NCBI GenBank assembly: GCA_012295275.1
Contig: CM022676.1
Location: 3,038,001 to 3,102,000 of the forward strand
Origin: Chrysomallon squamiferum
Taxonomy: Eukaryota; Animalia; Mollusca
Length of the DNA: 64,000 nt
Direction: 5' to 3'
Positions 28,986 through 42,789 of the stretch are shown here, piece by piece; within the stretch, counting starts at the first letter, position 1; each line of letters opens with the position of its first letter. The position numbers were made by a program, and so were the translations under genes. The notes beneath the pieces were generated by a model. The model made no database searches. It worked only from the letters and a program-made list of their open reading frames with translations, and was not told the origin of the DNA.

Positions 28986-29537
28986 TATTTTTGTTATTCG
29001 TCTAATTTAAATATATATATATATATATATTTTTTGTTTTATTTTTTTTGAAATTTATATATTTGTTTATTTTGTAATATTATTATTTCTACTGTTATCT
29101 TTTTTAATATTAGAATTGCTAACATTATCTGGACAAACTCGTGAAATAAAACAGTTTTTCTATTGGCATCAAGAGCTCTTAGACAGGACATGATAGATCA
29201 CTAACTGCCACTAGATGGAACTGGGAATTGCCCACAGAATGTCTTGATGCTCTATAATTATAATTAAACAAATTATGGAATGGTCGAATGTGCTGGGTTA
29301 AGGAATTGTAATATAAAACTTGTACCAGTATTGTCAAACTAGGTATGCCAGCCAGTGTCATGTCCAAACTCTGCATGGTGTGATCAAATGCAGATTTTAT
29401 TATTCATTTTTATTAATATGCTAATAAATGAATAAGAATATAAACAAAATAATAATGATGTAACGATTCCGGTCAACAACATCAGCTGCCCCTGTGGAAG
29501 AATAATTAAATGACCACAACATCACCACGCACTTCTG

Positions 29538-29627
29538 TAATATTTTAACAATGAGACTAGCTTGTAATATATTAACAATGAGACTAGCTTGTAATATATT
29601 AACAATGAGACTAGCTTGTAATATATT
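29538..29627. repeat. 27-bp minisatellite, ~3.3 copies (TAATATATTAACAATGAGACTAGCTTG)
   Basis: Read directly from the sequence. Confidence 0.9.
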
Positions 29628-30582
29628 TCCATCAGACAACTAACTTTTGAATGAGTTTCGGATCGAAATGGCTAGCCGGTTGGGCACATTCGAAATGTTA
29701 TGAATTCTTATCAAATTTAAGTATCCCTATTCGGTTGAATATCTATATTATAAAACAACAAAACGAACACATAGAAATGAGAACATTTTAATAAATTTTC
29801 AAAATAATACAGTGCATTAAAATGTGTAACAAATTTAAAAATCAAACAACGAAACATCCAATTAAAATGTTTGGAAAAAAAAAATTAAAAAAAAAGGAAA
29901 AGAGCTAACATAATAGATGAACTCTGAAATTATTTTAACATGGATCATTAAAACATACATTAAAATACTTCACACTTAATCGATTTTACTAATTATATGT
30001 ACAAAGTTTAAACATGTTAAAAATTAAAACAATTATAAATAATAAAACATTCTAAAACACAATTAATTTTTAATCTGTACAAATAAATTAATTTCAATAT
30101 TAAGAGCTTTCATTAAGAAAGGTTTTCTGAGATACAGTGACGTTTATTGAAAATTATTTCTGATTATTCTAATGTTCAAGCTACTTATCTGAACTTATCA
30201 TTATATTTAGTATTTTGGACATATATATTAATTTACAATTTACTTTTAAGGAAACTATAAATTCATAATTATTACGAAGAGAATAATAATTATACTCTAC
30301 ATAACAAACTTTCTATCAGTAACAGAAAATATATTTATTATAACCAGATATAAGAACAGTTATATTCTATACAATTATTGCAAAAATAACTTACACCAAA
30401 ACATCATACTTAATAAAATATTATATTTACTTAGAAGTTAGATTCTAGAAATATTTATATGTAATACACTTCATTTAGAAAGATACAACAGAAAATATGA
30501 TCTAATAAAAAGAACTCTTTAGACAGTTATGATACATTCATAAATATAAAAACAAATAGCAGTACATTAAGTAAATAATAAC

Positions 30583-30643
<61 letters not shown>

Positions 30644-30752
30644 TAACACTAAAAATAAAGAAATGAATAATATAATTTAGATTTTTTTGCTAAGAATTCG
30701 ATACATCCCAATCACATACCAGAGTTTAGCTGTCTCTGAGGAGTATGTGCAT

Positions 30753-30838
30753 TTACAGCAAACCAGTGATGTTGATCAACCTCAAGATTATTACATAAAA
30801 CATGGAAGAAGACAAAGAATGGGTTCCGCGTTTTCCAC
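30753..30838 (-). CDS. Gene C3 exon 4: GPI-type tail SGKRGTHSLSSSMFYVIILRLINITGLL*
   Basis: Paralogue of the C1/C2 tails, intact. Confidence 0.83.
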
Positions 30839-31395
30839 CTAAAATATATATAAACAAATAGTATAACAAAAGATAGTAATAACAAAATAAAAGAGAGAAA
30901 AATATATGTCTTCAGTCATCAGATAGACACCGTTAATTTCAATAACATTTAACCGATTGTCAACAAGCTTTTTAATACCAGATGTAAAAGAGAATTTGCT
31001 TTCAACTTTACATAATAGAATAACTCATCGTAGATCACTGCTCTTGAAGTAGTTAGTCTAACACCAGAGTGGGTGAGTAGCTACAATTCTCCAGCTGTGT
31101 TCTACTGCCATTTAGGGCTATGACATTTTTTCTCTTTCAGCGGACGTCGAAATGTTGCCCAGTTGACACGATTCTATATTATAGTCCGTGATGACCTTTA
31201 CGGTCAAATGTTGTCTGCACTTTCATTCGAAATATTAAAAGTGGAAAACTAGCTAAGATAAAATCATGAGTAACAATAGAAAATGTAAGGCTACAGTTAA
31301 TTAACTCGGCCAGTGTATTGATTTTAATCTAATCCTGTGATTTAGTTGCATTATGTTAGCTTGTTATATCCTTTCTTCTTATTATTATTATATCC

Positions 31396-31473
<78 letters not shown>

Positions 31474-31958
31474 TTATTTATTTAGCAACAGTTTTTCTCC
31501 TTATTATGGCTATTAAGTTAGAAATGCGTATAAAACGTTGATTTTAAAGTATGCTTTTATTGTTGATGTATTTTAATTAATTTTATTAACAGATTCTGTG
31601 TTTTTAATTTTTTAATTTTTTTAAAATATTGTTGCGGTTGTTGCTGCTGTTTTTAAATTATTTTGAAATGCACGTACCCTTAATTTGTAAGTTAACATAT
31701 TCATATATATATATTAAATTCCAGTTAATAATTGTCAGCAGTTTGCTAACTTATAATTTAAAAGGATATTTGTATATATTTCTAAAACGTAGAATAGCAA
31801 AGTCATTACAGAATACACATAACTGGCATTTGACGTATTAGTTATACTGCTATATAGAGCAAATTTTACTTCTTTTTTCTTTTCTGATTGTTCACAAGAA
31901 ATATATTTGAGCGAAAACATTATAGGAATGATTATCGCATAAACTGTGTAGAACTTAC

Positions 31959-32219
31959 TTTTAACAGCCAGTGTGAAGTTTTTACTTTCATATTTTGGTA
32001 TTGCAGGATTATGTGCTATACATGTGTACACTTCCCCGTTCTGTTTAGTGTTTACGTTATTGAAGCGAAGCTGTGAAGAACTGCTTATTTCTGTCTGTTC
32101 AAGCATCCAGGAAAATGAACAAGGCGGATTACAGTCAGCAACACATGTTAGATTCAGATAGTCGCCTTCTATAACTTCACCAGCAGTTGATTTGATCAAT
32201 TCCACGTTGTCTGGGCCAG
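31959..32219 (-). CDS. Gene C3 exon 3: C2-type Ig domain (same protein as C2)
   Basis: 261 nt, phase 1-1, intact. Confidence 0.9.
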
Positions 32220-32768
32220 CTGAAGTAAGTTAAACATAATATTTTAAAATAAAATGTATTTTACTCTATTTTGTTGATGTATTTTTATATTAAATCTATT
32301 TTTTATTTATTTGTTTTAATAACAGAATAGCATCTGTTTTTAACTAAAACATATTTTCAATTTCTGTTTTATTAGAAATATTTTATTTTATTAAATATTA
32401 GTTATTGTTTTTTGTTTTTTTATCACGTTTCATTTTGTGTAAATTCAAATTCGAATAAAATCAAATGATTCCTCAACCATTATATATATATATTGTAAGT
32501 AAACATATATTAATTTTCTTCAGCGTTATCAACTGCTGTTTTTATTTTTCAAAATATCTTTATTAATTCTACACTGAAATGATTATAAACACAATATGTA
32601 AAAATATCTAAAATAATATCACTTAGGTTTTATAAACCTAATTTTTAGTGTTGGTTCTTCACATATTTCAAGTGAAAAAAAAAAAAAAAAATGATATGTA
32701 CAAGAAAAACAGGAAGAAAGAATTTGAAACAATATTGAGTTAACGATATTGGTAACTTATTTCATTAC

Positions 32769-33110
32769 ATACATAAAAATGTTTTTCACAACTTGGGCTG
32801 CCTTCACCAGGCCAGGCACCATCAGCACAAGTCCAATTACCAGCATCAACTTTAGTATCAAAGGAATGTATTTTAAGTGTAACTTCTCTTGTGTTCGGGT
32901 CAATTTTAGCACTGTAACCTTTTTCTGAAACGGCTGGGAGACAAACTGTGAGAGACTGGTCACAAAATATAACTTGTCTCGGAATTCCTCCATTTGGTCT
33001 AAACCACTGAATGCCGTTTTCTATTGTTTCATTTACCCTGCATATTAGAGTACTGCTATTTCCATCATAGCCAGGTTGTAAGCAATCCACATAGGTTTTT
33101 GTCACACCAC
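32769..33110 (-). CDS. Gene C3 exon 2: V-like Ig domain; 1-nt deletion near the 3' end, in frame only with the +4 donor
   Basis: T5 at 32782-32786 versus T6 in C1/C2; 338 nt to the homologous donor, 342 nt (in frame) to the GTAATG donor 4 nt further on. Confidence 0.8.
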
Positions 33111-34005
33111 CTGAAAAATAAAACAAACTTATGTTTATTTAGTATGAATGTAAATACCTTAAGAGTAGCACAAGTCACAGTAATCTTGTCTTTAATTCAT
33201 TATATTTCAAACCAACGTTATTTAATATACTTTTATGGTAGTCAAAATTAAATCACATTCCTCATGTGTAAAAAGGCGTAGGGAAACGATTTAATTTCAG
33301 TGTACAGTCAAATCTCTTTACAACGCTCTTGGATATAATGCCTTTCCTGTTTATATAACAAGCCGTTATAACACAAACGCATAGTACAATTACCTGATAA
33401 AACACTTCCAGCAGATCTTACCTAAGACAATCATGACTGTCATACATCATGAATTGATATTATCACTTATCAGGTTCTTGCAATTAGTTTATACCGTGTT
33501 GCTACTTGTTCATTGCCAAATACAAATTCACTGAAAGCGTGACGTCACAAAGCACATGTCTGCGTCTCAAAATGAAGGGCCGTTCAAGAAGTATTACCTA
33601 ATTCAATATACAGTATTTATTCCCTGTGGTATTTTCACTATTTTCAAACATTAAATCCTTATAATCAAAATATTGGATGTATTTCAGTAACTTTATAAAT
33701 AAAAAAAATATTTTGAAACTATTAAAATATTATAAAACAACCCGACTTCTTTTGTCATGTTTCGTGCTGAATAATAATATGCGATCTCGTATTTATTCGT
33801 TGATATGAATCAGTTCAAAACAAGCACCTATCATGCAGTACTTCGAGAAAAAGTGAATGATAATACAAACAATATAAATAGGTGAAGTATTATCATTTAA
33901 CATTTTCAAAAATTCTTTAATACTAAACAGCTAAATAAAGGAGTCTATAACAGTACGGCATACATGTTGTTATTTTCTAAAACATTAACAATTGAATACA
34001 CTCAC

Positions 34006-34063
34006 CTAAAACAACTTTACTGATAGCAGCATATATGAAAATTACGACAAATTTCATTTCCAT
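34006..34063 (-). CDS. Gene C3 exon 1: signal peptide MEMKFVVIFIYAAISKVVL(G)
   Basis: 58 nt, GTGAGT donor. Confidence 0.86.
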
Positions 34064-36344
34064 GGTGTTCTAAGTCTGTAAAAAACAAAAGAAAAAAAAC
34101 AAAACAATAAACAAAAACAAAAAACAAACATTAATTCAATTTTATACTGTCAAAACTAATTCATTATTATTTTATTTATGTGACCAATTATTTAAATATA
34201 TCACTATGATTTACATTTGTATTTTACTTTTCTGCAGTTAAAATTCCAGCAGAATATATATTTGTGTGTAATTTAAAGCTGAATTTTCAAAATTGTTACA
34301 AGACTTCAGTAGACCTGGAATTAACACAATCATTTTAAATTTCTTCAGTAAACACATACACTCGTTATCAATGCATGAAGCTTTTCAAATGAAGTTAATA
34401 ATTGACTTTCATATAGTGAAGAGGCAACATTATTAAATATTACGATCAGAGTTTCCGTAATTATTAAAGGGTCTCTATAGCACAACTCAAGTTCATTCAA
34501 ACGTCAATAAATTAAGTTTTTTTAACTTTACTATTTTATGAAACTGTCTAAACTAACAAAAAAAACACATTATTTTGTTAGTTCACTGGAAGAGGATCAA
34601 CAGAAACGATAGCTCGTAACAGTACAAATTGCGTCTGCTGAAGAAATGGCTCCAGATGTATCTAATTAAATGCGTACAAACTACGCGTGACTCTTCTTTT
34701 CTATGCAGTCTGACACGGAGAACATTGCCAGCTAGAAAAGCTAATATATTACTTTTCTAACAAATTATAATTTAAGCTTATTATGCACGCATTTGCACAA
34801 AAATTATCCAGTTTGAAAAGTTTGATCAAGTTGAAAAAGTAGTAAGGAAAGGTTTAGTAATATAAACAATCATCCTTACCTTTATTTGTCTAAATCATAA
34901 CAATATTCAGGACATGGATGTTTAAAATCCCGATCAAACGATGTCCGAGCGCTCATAAAATTTCTGATCGAAATTCAAGATGGCAGCGTCGGACACCAGT
35001 TAGCGTTTACAAACACTGTATTTATTCACAATGTAATCTACTGTACGTGGATTACTAAAAGTTAACCATCCGTTCCCACCACACAGCATAGACACACATG
35101 CGCAAACTAAAACAAAAAGATACCCTAAACAAAACAAACGAAGAATCTCACCATAATTAACTCTTTTTTTAATAAGTCGGTTTCAGTCAGGAAGTCTAAT
35201 ATTACTGTTGCAATTAAACTACAGAGAACTAGATCTAGTGACGTCAAAAATTGTCTAAAGCTGACGTCATGACTAAAAAATATTAAAGAATAACACGGTA
35301 AGCATTGTGGGTGTGACTTTAGTAGTTTAGCCATTAGCCGAAATTTGTTTTTTCTTTCTTTTTATAAAAAAATTGTTTTTGTTTAGCAGAATAAAGAGTT
35401 TTAGGACATGGTACATATATTCATTTTTTCAGCTGTTTCGCTTTTGAATTTTGCATTTTACTGTTCGATATTTAATTTTCCGACCACAAATATAAAGAGG
35501 AAGAGAACGAAGAAAGAAAGAAACAAATTAAACCAAATGTTGTGTAAATGTACAGAAATCGAATATATAGGTACCCCTGAAATGTTTATTTTTTTTATTT
35601 TTTTATTTTTTTCAAGAGACAATTAACTGTTCGTTAATGCACTGTTCTGTGCTAATGGAAATGTAAGAAAGGTCATACCAGTTTATAAAACTGTCTAAAC
35701 CCTCATTAGCTTCTCTTGAGAGATGGAATCAAGGTCATTACCTCATCCTGAATTCCAAATCTGCTGTTCATCCCGTACATTTTTAACTTTAAAATATCGT
35801 GTTATAACAGTGAATAAATAAAAAATGACTTTCAGTTTGAACAGTAATAAAATTGTAACCAAAACAAAGTCTTGAGAGATAACAGTTTTTCTATTGGCAT
35901 CAAGAGCTCTTAGACAGGACATGATAGATCACTAACTGCCACTAGATGGAACTGGGAATTGCCCACAGAATGTCTTGGTGCTCTATAATTATAATTAAAC
36001 AAATTATGGAATGGTCGAATGTGCTGGGTTAAGGAATTGTAATATAAAATTTGTACCAGTATTGTCAAACTGGGCATGACAGCCAGTGTCATATCCATAA
36101 TCTGCATAGTGTGATAAAATGTAGATTTTATTATTCATTTTTATTAATATGCTAATAAATGAAGAAGAATACAAACATTTTTGACACTGATGTAGTTATC
36201 AAAATAAATAAAATAAAATAAAATTAAATTAAATTAAAATATAAAAATAAATAAAAACATGACTTAAAAGCATGTTTGTTTTCACGTCTTGAAAGACATT
36301 TTGTAATTATTTTATGGAAGTTTTAATATATTTTTGAATTTCAG

Positions 36345-37863
36345 CTAAATAAAACACAATGAGTTGTCCTCATTAACTGCTGTACATCTTCCATTCAGTG
36401 TGTCTGTGACAGGTACATCTATCTACCAGTTGCCCACATCTACAAGGTTTGTATCAAATCAGTATAAATACATAAATAAACAACACCAACAAAGAATCAA
36501 AAAAGAAAGAAGCTGACAAACAAAACAAATAAAAACAGACCTGATGATTATCCAGTTGGAGGAATAATTACATAACGATCCCGGTCAACATCAGCGGTCC
36601 CACTAGAAAAACAACACCACCATGCACTTCTGTATTATATTAACCACATGACAAGAAAAACGTTTCTGCTCTTCCCATGAGACAGCTAGCCTTTTAATGA
36701 GTTTCGGATCGAAATGGCTAGCCGGTTGGGCACATTCGAAATGTTATGAATCCAAATTCGGTTGAATAGCTGTAATAAGACGTTTTTTTTTTTTTTTTCT
36801 TTTAAGCACTTGTAATGCAAAGAGAGTTATCTCCCATAGCAAATTTTAAATGTTTATTTTTTTGTTGTTGTTGTTTGTTTTCTTTCTTCACGGCAAATGA
36901 TTAGAATATAAAAAGTTTCATTGTGAATATACTATTTGTATCATTTATTTATCCCATATTTTGGTAACGTAGCCATTATTAAATTCGGCGAAAAGTTACA
37001 AACATTTTCAAATGTCGCATGTTTAAAATCAGGGATTCTGAAAAAAGAAAAATAATTAACGCAGCCCTGTTACAAGCCATGTCACTGACTTTCATATTAG
37101 CATTATTCTTCAGCGGATTCAACACTATTTCAGGTATTATCATAATACGATAGATAGCTTTTACTGACACTGACAGGTTGTTATATAAAATATATTATTT
37201 AATAAAATACCACTGTGTTTACAAAGAGATCTACATCACATTAGTAGGAATACATTAGCGTATTTTTCGAGCTTGGGTGTCGTTAAACATTGATTTATTC
37301 AATACTTTTACATCGAAGTTATTTCGCAGTCATGATTACATTAAGTTAATGCATACATTTTTAACAATAACTTGTAAATATATATATACACACACACACA
37401 CACATATATATATCATGTCGTACGTCTGCATTATCAATGAACATATATAGTTCTTTATGAGAAGTCGTACTATATGTATATTAAAACTAATTTGTTTTAA
37501 TACAAACATGAGTTATGATTATTTTCAGACAACATCAAAAGCAGCAAGAACAAGAAACCAGATAAATAAATAAGATAATGATACAAACATTAGTATTTAC
37601 CATTCGATATTATTCAAGCTTAAGGTATCTGAGACTCCGCTTCAGTATATATTAAACATATTTTATTTATTATATTTAGAATTCAAAGTAATTAGATTAC
37701 GGTTTGATTACGATAATATTCGTTAAGAAAATCAGAATGAATATTATAATTAAATTGATAAAACAATGAATAATTTGAGTCTAGTACAATTAACCCCATT
37801 GACATTTGACACAAAGATAACAACAAATTTTATTACGACTGATTTTGAAGAAGCTGCCAGTCT

Positions 37864-37924
<61 letters not shown>

Positions 37925-38679
37925 ATAATTAATTATAACATTCTTGTACATTCATAAATACAAACGCAGATCAAGGTAGCTGGAGATATCAGTTCTAGCA
38001 ACGACTTTTATTTACGAGTTTACGGTAAGTTATTTGTTTCTAATTCGATGAAGTAATACTTTTTTTTTTTTTTTTTCAATTTTAAATGTTATTCTTTGTT
38101 CTAACTATTATAAAAAAGGTGTACATAAAAGGAAATTATTTTGCTCTTTCAGTTTTTGAAATCTCATGCGTGTGAGTGTGTGCGTTCCCAAAAGTCCCAC
38201 GTTTTCCATATTTCTCTTCAGAAATTGTTGTTGAATATGTCATTTATATTTATCCAAACCTGCACATTCGGTCAAAAAACATGTCCAGTTTTTATTATAC
38301 ATATTTGTTTTAAAATGCCATACGAAAATTAAAGTATCGCAATCAATAAATGTAACATATGGTGCTGCTGTTTATGTCTGTTCATTCTATGGTTATAATG
38401 CATAACAAAATATGACATTTAATGGATGTGCACCTACGATAAAATAACTAGATTGAGGTTTCTGCCAAGCTCATCAACAGTTTGCAGCTGTAGTGTCTGG
38501 TACTTGTGTAAAAGCCTGAGTGTTTGGTTCAACATCTTCCCGTCTACCGCTTCCCTGTCCATATGCTACCTTTACATTACTCATCAAGTTGATCCCTCTG
38601 TGTCTTCGTGAATTCCTCTAGATGTCTTCCTTCTTAATATAAATACATGTATACATTCATGCATTCTATATATACATAC

Positions 38680-38710
<31 letters not shown>

Positions 38711-39103
38711 AACACACATAGAGAAGATTTATCTGACCACAATCCATAATGATAGTACTTATATACATTTTATTTCCGAATTAATTCTTATTACCTCAAC
38801 AAAATATATTTTTAATGTATTTGACTTCACATATGTGTGTGTTTGTGTTTGCCTGTGTGTTCTGTTTTTCCAAATTTATATTAATTATACAGATACAATA
38901 TTGAACTGTCTACATCATTTATTTTCAGTTTGTGCCACTAAAGAGTTCACTTTTTACTTAGTAGCGTTCTGTCTTATACAGGTAGCCAATGAGCCAGAGA
39001 AGACATGTTCCAGATTCTCTCACAAAGATAACCAGTAAGAAGGTGTGTATATCGACAGATGCTGAAGCAACTTGTACGTTGTTTTTTGACAAAGTCCCAT
39101 ACC
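36345..39103 (+). pseudogene. Inverted, scrambled pseudogene made of A/D/E-like fragments
   Basis: 36345-36446 shortened exon 3 with Cys lost; 36480-37860 reverse complement of the D upstream region with the donor mutated; ~37975-38024 V-exon 3' remnant (NDFYLRVYG|gtaagt); 38030-38630 like the E intron; 38982-39103 frameshifted, truncated D exon 4. Confidence 0.85.
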
Positions 39104-39354
39104 ATATCAAAAGTACATTAAAGGGGAAAAAAGTCTATAGGTATATATACAGGCACAGACTCACATGTACATACAGCCGCAATACTAACATAAATTAAAT
39201 ACTCAAAAAAGAACAACAATATTTATTGTCTATTCTGTTGATAGTACATTGAAATAACATAAACAAAAATCAACATTAACAACTTTAGAAATTAGTAACA
39301 GTGTTTTAACATGACTGTAATACTTGTTATGGTTATCTTTCTCTATACAAGGAG

Positions 39355-39397
39355 CTAGATCAACAACACATCGATGAGGAGTAAAATGTTGATCAAT
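39355..39397 (-). CDS. Gene D terminal exon (R)LINILLLIDVLLI*
   Basis: TTTCACAG acceptor, phase 2, TAG; homologous to A exon 6. Confidence 0.8.
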
Positions 39398-39641
39398 CTG
39401 TGAAAATAGATAAAAAATTATCACCTAAGCAAAGAATGAAGGTAAAAGTAAACTAACAACAAGAACAGCAACAACAACATCAAAACAAGAGTACTAATAG
39501 TAAATAGTTCTTTAAAGTGAGATAGAGATACAAGCATTTATGAGAATCATAGAATGACAGTTTTAAAGAAGCAATTAATGAATGAATAGATTTAAAAAAA
39601 AAAAAAAAAGTATAAAAATATCAGTTTAGAGAATTCCTCAC

Positions 39642-39696
39642 CTTATTATAAAAAATAATTTTATAACGCATCCAGAATGACCTGCACTTGTAACAT
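39642..39696 (-). CDS. Gene D tail exon DVTSAGHSGCVIKLFFII
   Basis: 55 nt, phase 1-2, TTTAG/GTGAGG. Confidence 0.8.
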
Positions 39697-39942
39697 CTAA
39701 AGTCATAAAAAATAGAAGAAGAAGAAAAATAATAATTAAACAAAACACAAAAAAAAAAAAAAAAAAAAAAAAAAAAGAAAAGAAAGAAAAAAAAGAAAAT
39801 AATAAAAATAACAGTGGACAGAAGGCCAGAAAAAGAAAACAAATTCAGAGTGCAGAAAATATTATTTCACTGAGAAGAAATATGAACACTATTGTACAAA
39901 CACATACATATGTGCTTTGCATATTAGATATATTATATTCAC

Positions 39943-40162
39943 CTGGAAACATAATGTCAGGACTGACAACATGTAGACCTGCACTTCCTAATGAAGGATG
40001 TTTAATTGACAGACTTAACGACATCTTTTTATTGGCAAACTGGTATGGGACTTTGTCAAAAAACAATGTACAAGTTGCTTCAGCATCTGTCGATTTACAC
40101 ACCTTCTTACTGGTTATCTTTGTGAGAGAATCTGGAACATGCTTCTCCGGCTCATTGGCTAC
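39943..40162 (-). CDS. Gene D C-half of split C-like domain (VANEPEKHVP...SIKHPSLGSAG...MFP)
   Basis: 220 nt, phase 0-1, open. Confidence 0.88.
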
Positions 40163-40446
40163 CTGTATAAGACAGAACGCTACTAATGAAAAAAGTGAAA
40201 TCTTTAGTGACACAAACTGAAAATAAATGATGTAGACAGTTCAATATTTTATTTGTATAATTAATATAAATTTGGAAAAACAGAACACACAGGCAGACAC
40301 GCACACACACATATACACTGACATAAACATATGTGAGGTCAAATATATTGAAAATATTTTTTGTTGAGGTAATAAGCATTAATTCGGAAATAAAAGGTAC
40401 ATTATGGATTGTGGTTAGACAAAACCTCTGTGTGTGGGTGTTTATA

Positions 40447-40482
<36 letters not shown>

Positions 40483-40525
40483 TGTGTGTATATATGTATG
40501 TATATACAATTTACGTACATATGTA

Positions 40526-40561
<36 letters not shown>

Positions 40562-41297
40562 GAATGCATGAATGTATATATGTATGTATATATGTATGCA
40601 TGGAAAAACATCTGGCTTTCAGACATATGATATCACTGCAGAGTAGTCATCGAACCAATAATCTCCATTGATTTCATTTCCAGACCCCGATTCCTTTTAA
40701 TCAACATGCAGTTTAAATTAACAAACGACTGGTTAAATGGATTATGGTTCGTAAAGATCATCCAGTGAAGTTCCTAGTTTTGTCCGATTCACCATTTAAA
40801 CATGTCAGCGATTATGCTTTTAAACCGCTAGAATTCGTTCTCACGTATTCCCTCATTGCTTGAGAACGCCAGTGGTTGAAAATGTTCAGTCAGGTAGTCA
40901 GTGAACAGAAAGAATTGTGGTCAGAGTTTGTGATGGTCAGTGTGACATCTGGATATGCACAAAGCCAGTGTTCAATAGAAAAAGCTTAGACAATTCCTTA
41001 TTTACCTCATTTGTATATCTGATAAAATGACAACATCAATTTGATATTCGTTTACAAATGTCATTACCATTCAGTTAAACGCTGCATGTTCTCAGCTGTA
41101 AGCCAGTTTGAGTGTTATCAGCATATTTCCCTTTACGTTTCTCACTTCTTTCTTTGTCAGCGTAAAACGGAAGAATAGAAGTAATTCACCAATTCACTAT
41201 TATACTGAAGATAGATACTGAATTTTTTTTTTTTTTTTTTTTTTTTAAATAAGGATAACAATGACAATAAAACGATTCTAAGCAGGCAGACACAAAC

Positions 41298-41416
41298 CTT
41301 GTACTTCCATGTGCAGATAGGCGACTTGTACGTACAGCTACCTGTCACAGACACACTAAATGGAACATTTACAGCAGTTAATGATTCCAGCTCATTTTCA
41401 TTTATTATATACTGAG
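41298..41416 (-). CDS. Gene D N-half of split C-like domain
   Basis: 119 nt, phase 1-0; SVSVTGSCTYKSPICTWKYK. Confidence 0.88.
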
Positions 41417-41720
41417 CTAAAACAGAAAACAGAAGTCATCCAGGCCATTGTTGTCACTACGGACTATGTACAAATATATATATATAATAAACAGAAAAAT
41501 ATATATATATAAAATATATAAAATATATATATACCTTTAAAACAGAAAAATATTTTATATTTTCAAATATTTTCGTTTTAGGTACACCTTTTTATGATAT
41601 ACAATATAGTTATTTAATGGAATAATTGTGTAAAAAAACACAACTAATAGTAGCTAGAACAAAGAATAACAATTAAAATAAATAAAATGTATTACTTCAA
41701 ATCAGAAACAAATAATTTAC

Positions 41721-42029
41721 CGTAAACTTGCAAATAAAAAGTGTTGCTAACACTTGTATCATAGTGACATGTCCAGTTAGTTTCATCTACAATACGGAGA
41801 CTGTTTATTGTCAGATTGAAGAGTTTGGAAGTTCCTATGTCACCAGTACATTTACAAGAGTAACCAGAGAGAGCATTGGCTTGAGCACAGTTTTGCAAGA
41901 CTAAACATACAGCATATCCATTCCTCACAAATGACATAGGTAAAGTCACGGTGTTCGTCATTGAACACTGGAATGAGAAGGTTTGACCGATAATATTGAT
42001 ATTGGCAGAACCCGTTAATTTAAGTAAAC
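41721..42029 (-). CDS. Gene D V-like Ig domain, 6-Cys class II (C-x5-C...CxC)
   Basis: 309 nt, phase 1-1; FSFQC...VCLVLQNC...YSCKC...FNLTI...DETNWTC...LQVY. Confidence 0.9.
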
Positions 42030-42290
42030 CTGCCAAAAAAAAAGAAAAAGAATATATGTAAATAACATGAAATGAAAACGATATACTAATAATTTTATTA
42101 GTAGTAGTATTTAAATGAAAGGTATTATTAATCTGCACTAATTCTGCATTAATATAGAACAAGTAAATGTTAGTAATCTGACAATATTCCAACATATTAA
42201 AATAAATAGAACACAGTTTATTTATTTTTTAGGTTTATCTCTGTCTAACGTTATTATCAGTTATAAATTTAAAAGTATATATAATTACAC

Positions 42291-42384
42291 TGGCAGCTTC
42301 TTCCAAACCAGTCGTAATAAAATGTGTTGTTATTTCTCTGTCAAATGTCAATAGGACTAATTGTACTAGACTCAAATTATTCAT
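42291..42384 (-). CDS. Possible first coding exon of gene D (MNNLSLVQLVLLTFDREITTHFITTGLEEAA)
   Basis: AAAACCATG context, open frame, phase-1 GTGTAA donor; atypical signal peptide and weak donor. Confidence 0.3.
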
Positions 42385-42789
42385 GGTTTTATCAATTTAA
42401 TTACAGTATCTATTCTGATTTTCTTAGTGAATATTATTGTAATCAAATCGTAATCTAATGACTTTGAATTCTAAATATAATAAATAAAATAGTTTTAATA
42501 TACATGGAATCGGCGTATCAGATGTATTCTGACATCCAGTCCTTATGCTTCAGCAATATCGAAAGGTAAATTCTATATTTTTTTTCTCGTTGTTTTATTT
42601 GTGTTTATGGTCTTTGTTTTTCCTTCTGTTGATGTTTTTGAAGATAATCATATCTCATATTTGTTTTAATGTAAATTATTATTAAAATCTCCTAATGATT
42701 TCTGATAAAGAATCACATATGTTTCTGCATGTGATAATGCATCCATATCCATCCACGAAAAAAAAAATAAGTGTGTATATATTATTTTA

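Larger units (their letters stand above)
14170..36180. repeat. Tandem segmental triplication, ~8.0-8.4 kb units (about 14170-21870, 21870-30260, 30260-36180)
   Basis: Introns and intergenic DNA recur nearly identically; ATG offsets 8039 and 8416; the third unit is more diverged and has a deletion near 35760-35880. Confidence 0.95.

Noticed and set aside
29179-29376. 65-aa ORF also seen at 35910-36107
   Set aside because: Part of duplicated spacer DNA; no recognisable domain or convincing splice context
29538-29627. CRISPR-like 27-bp repeats
   Set aside because: Head-to-tail with no spacers, in eukaryotic DNA; a minisatellite
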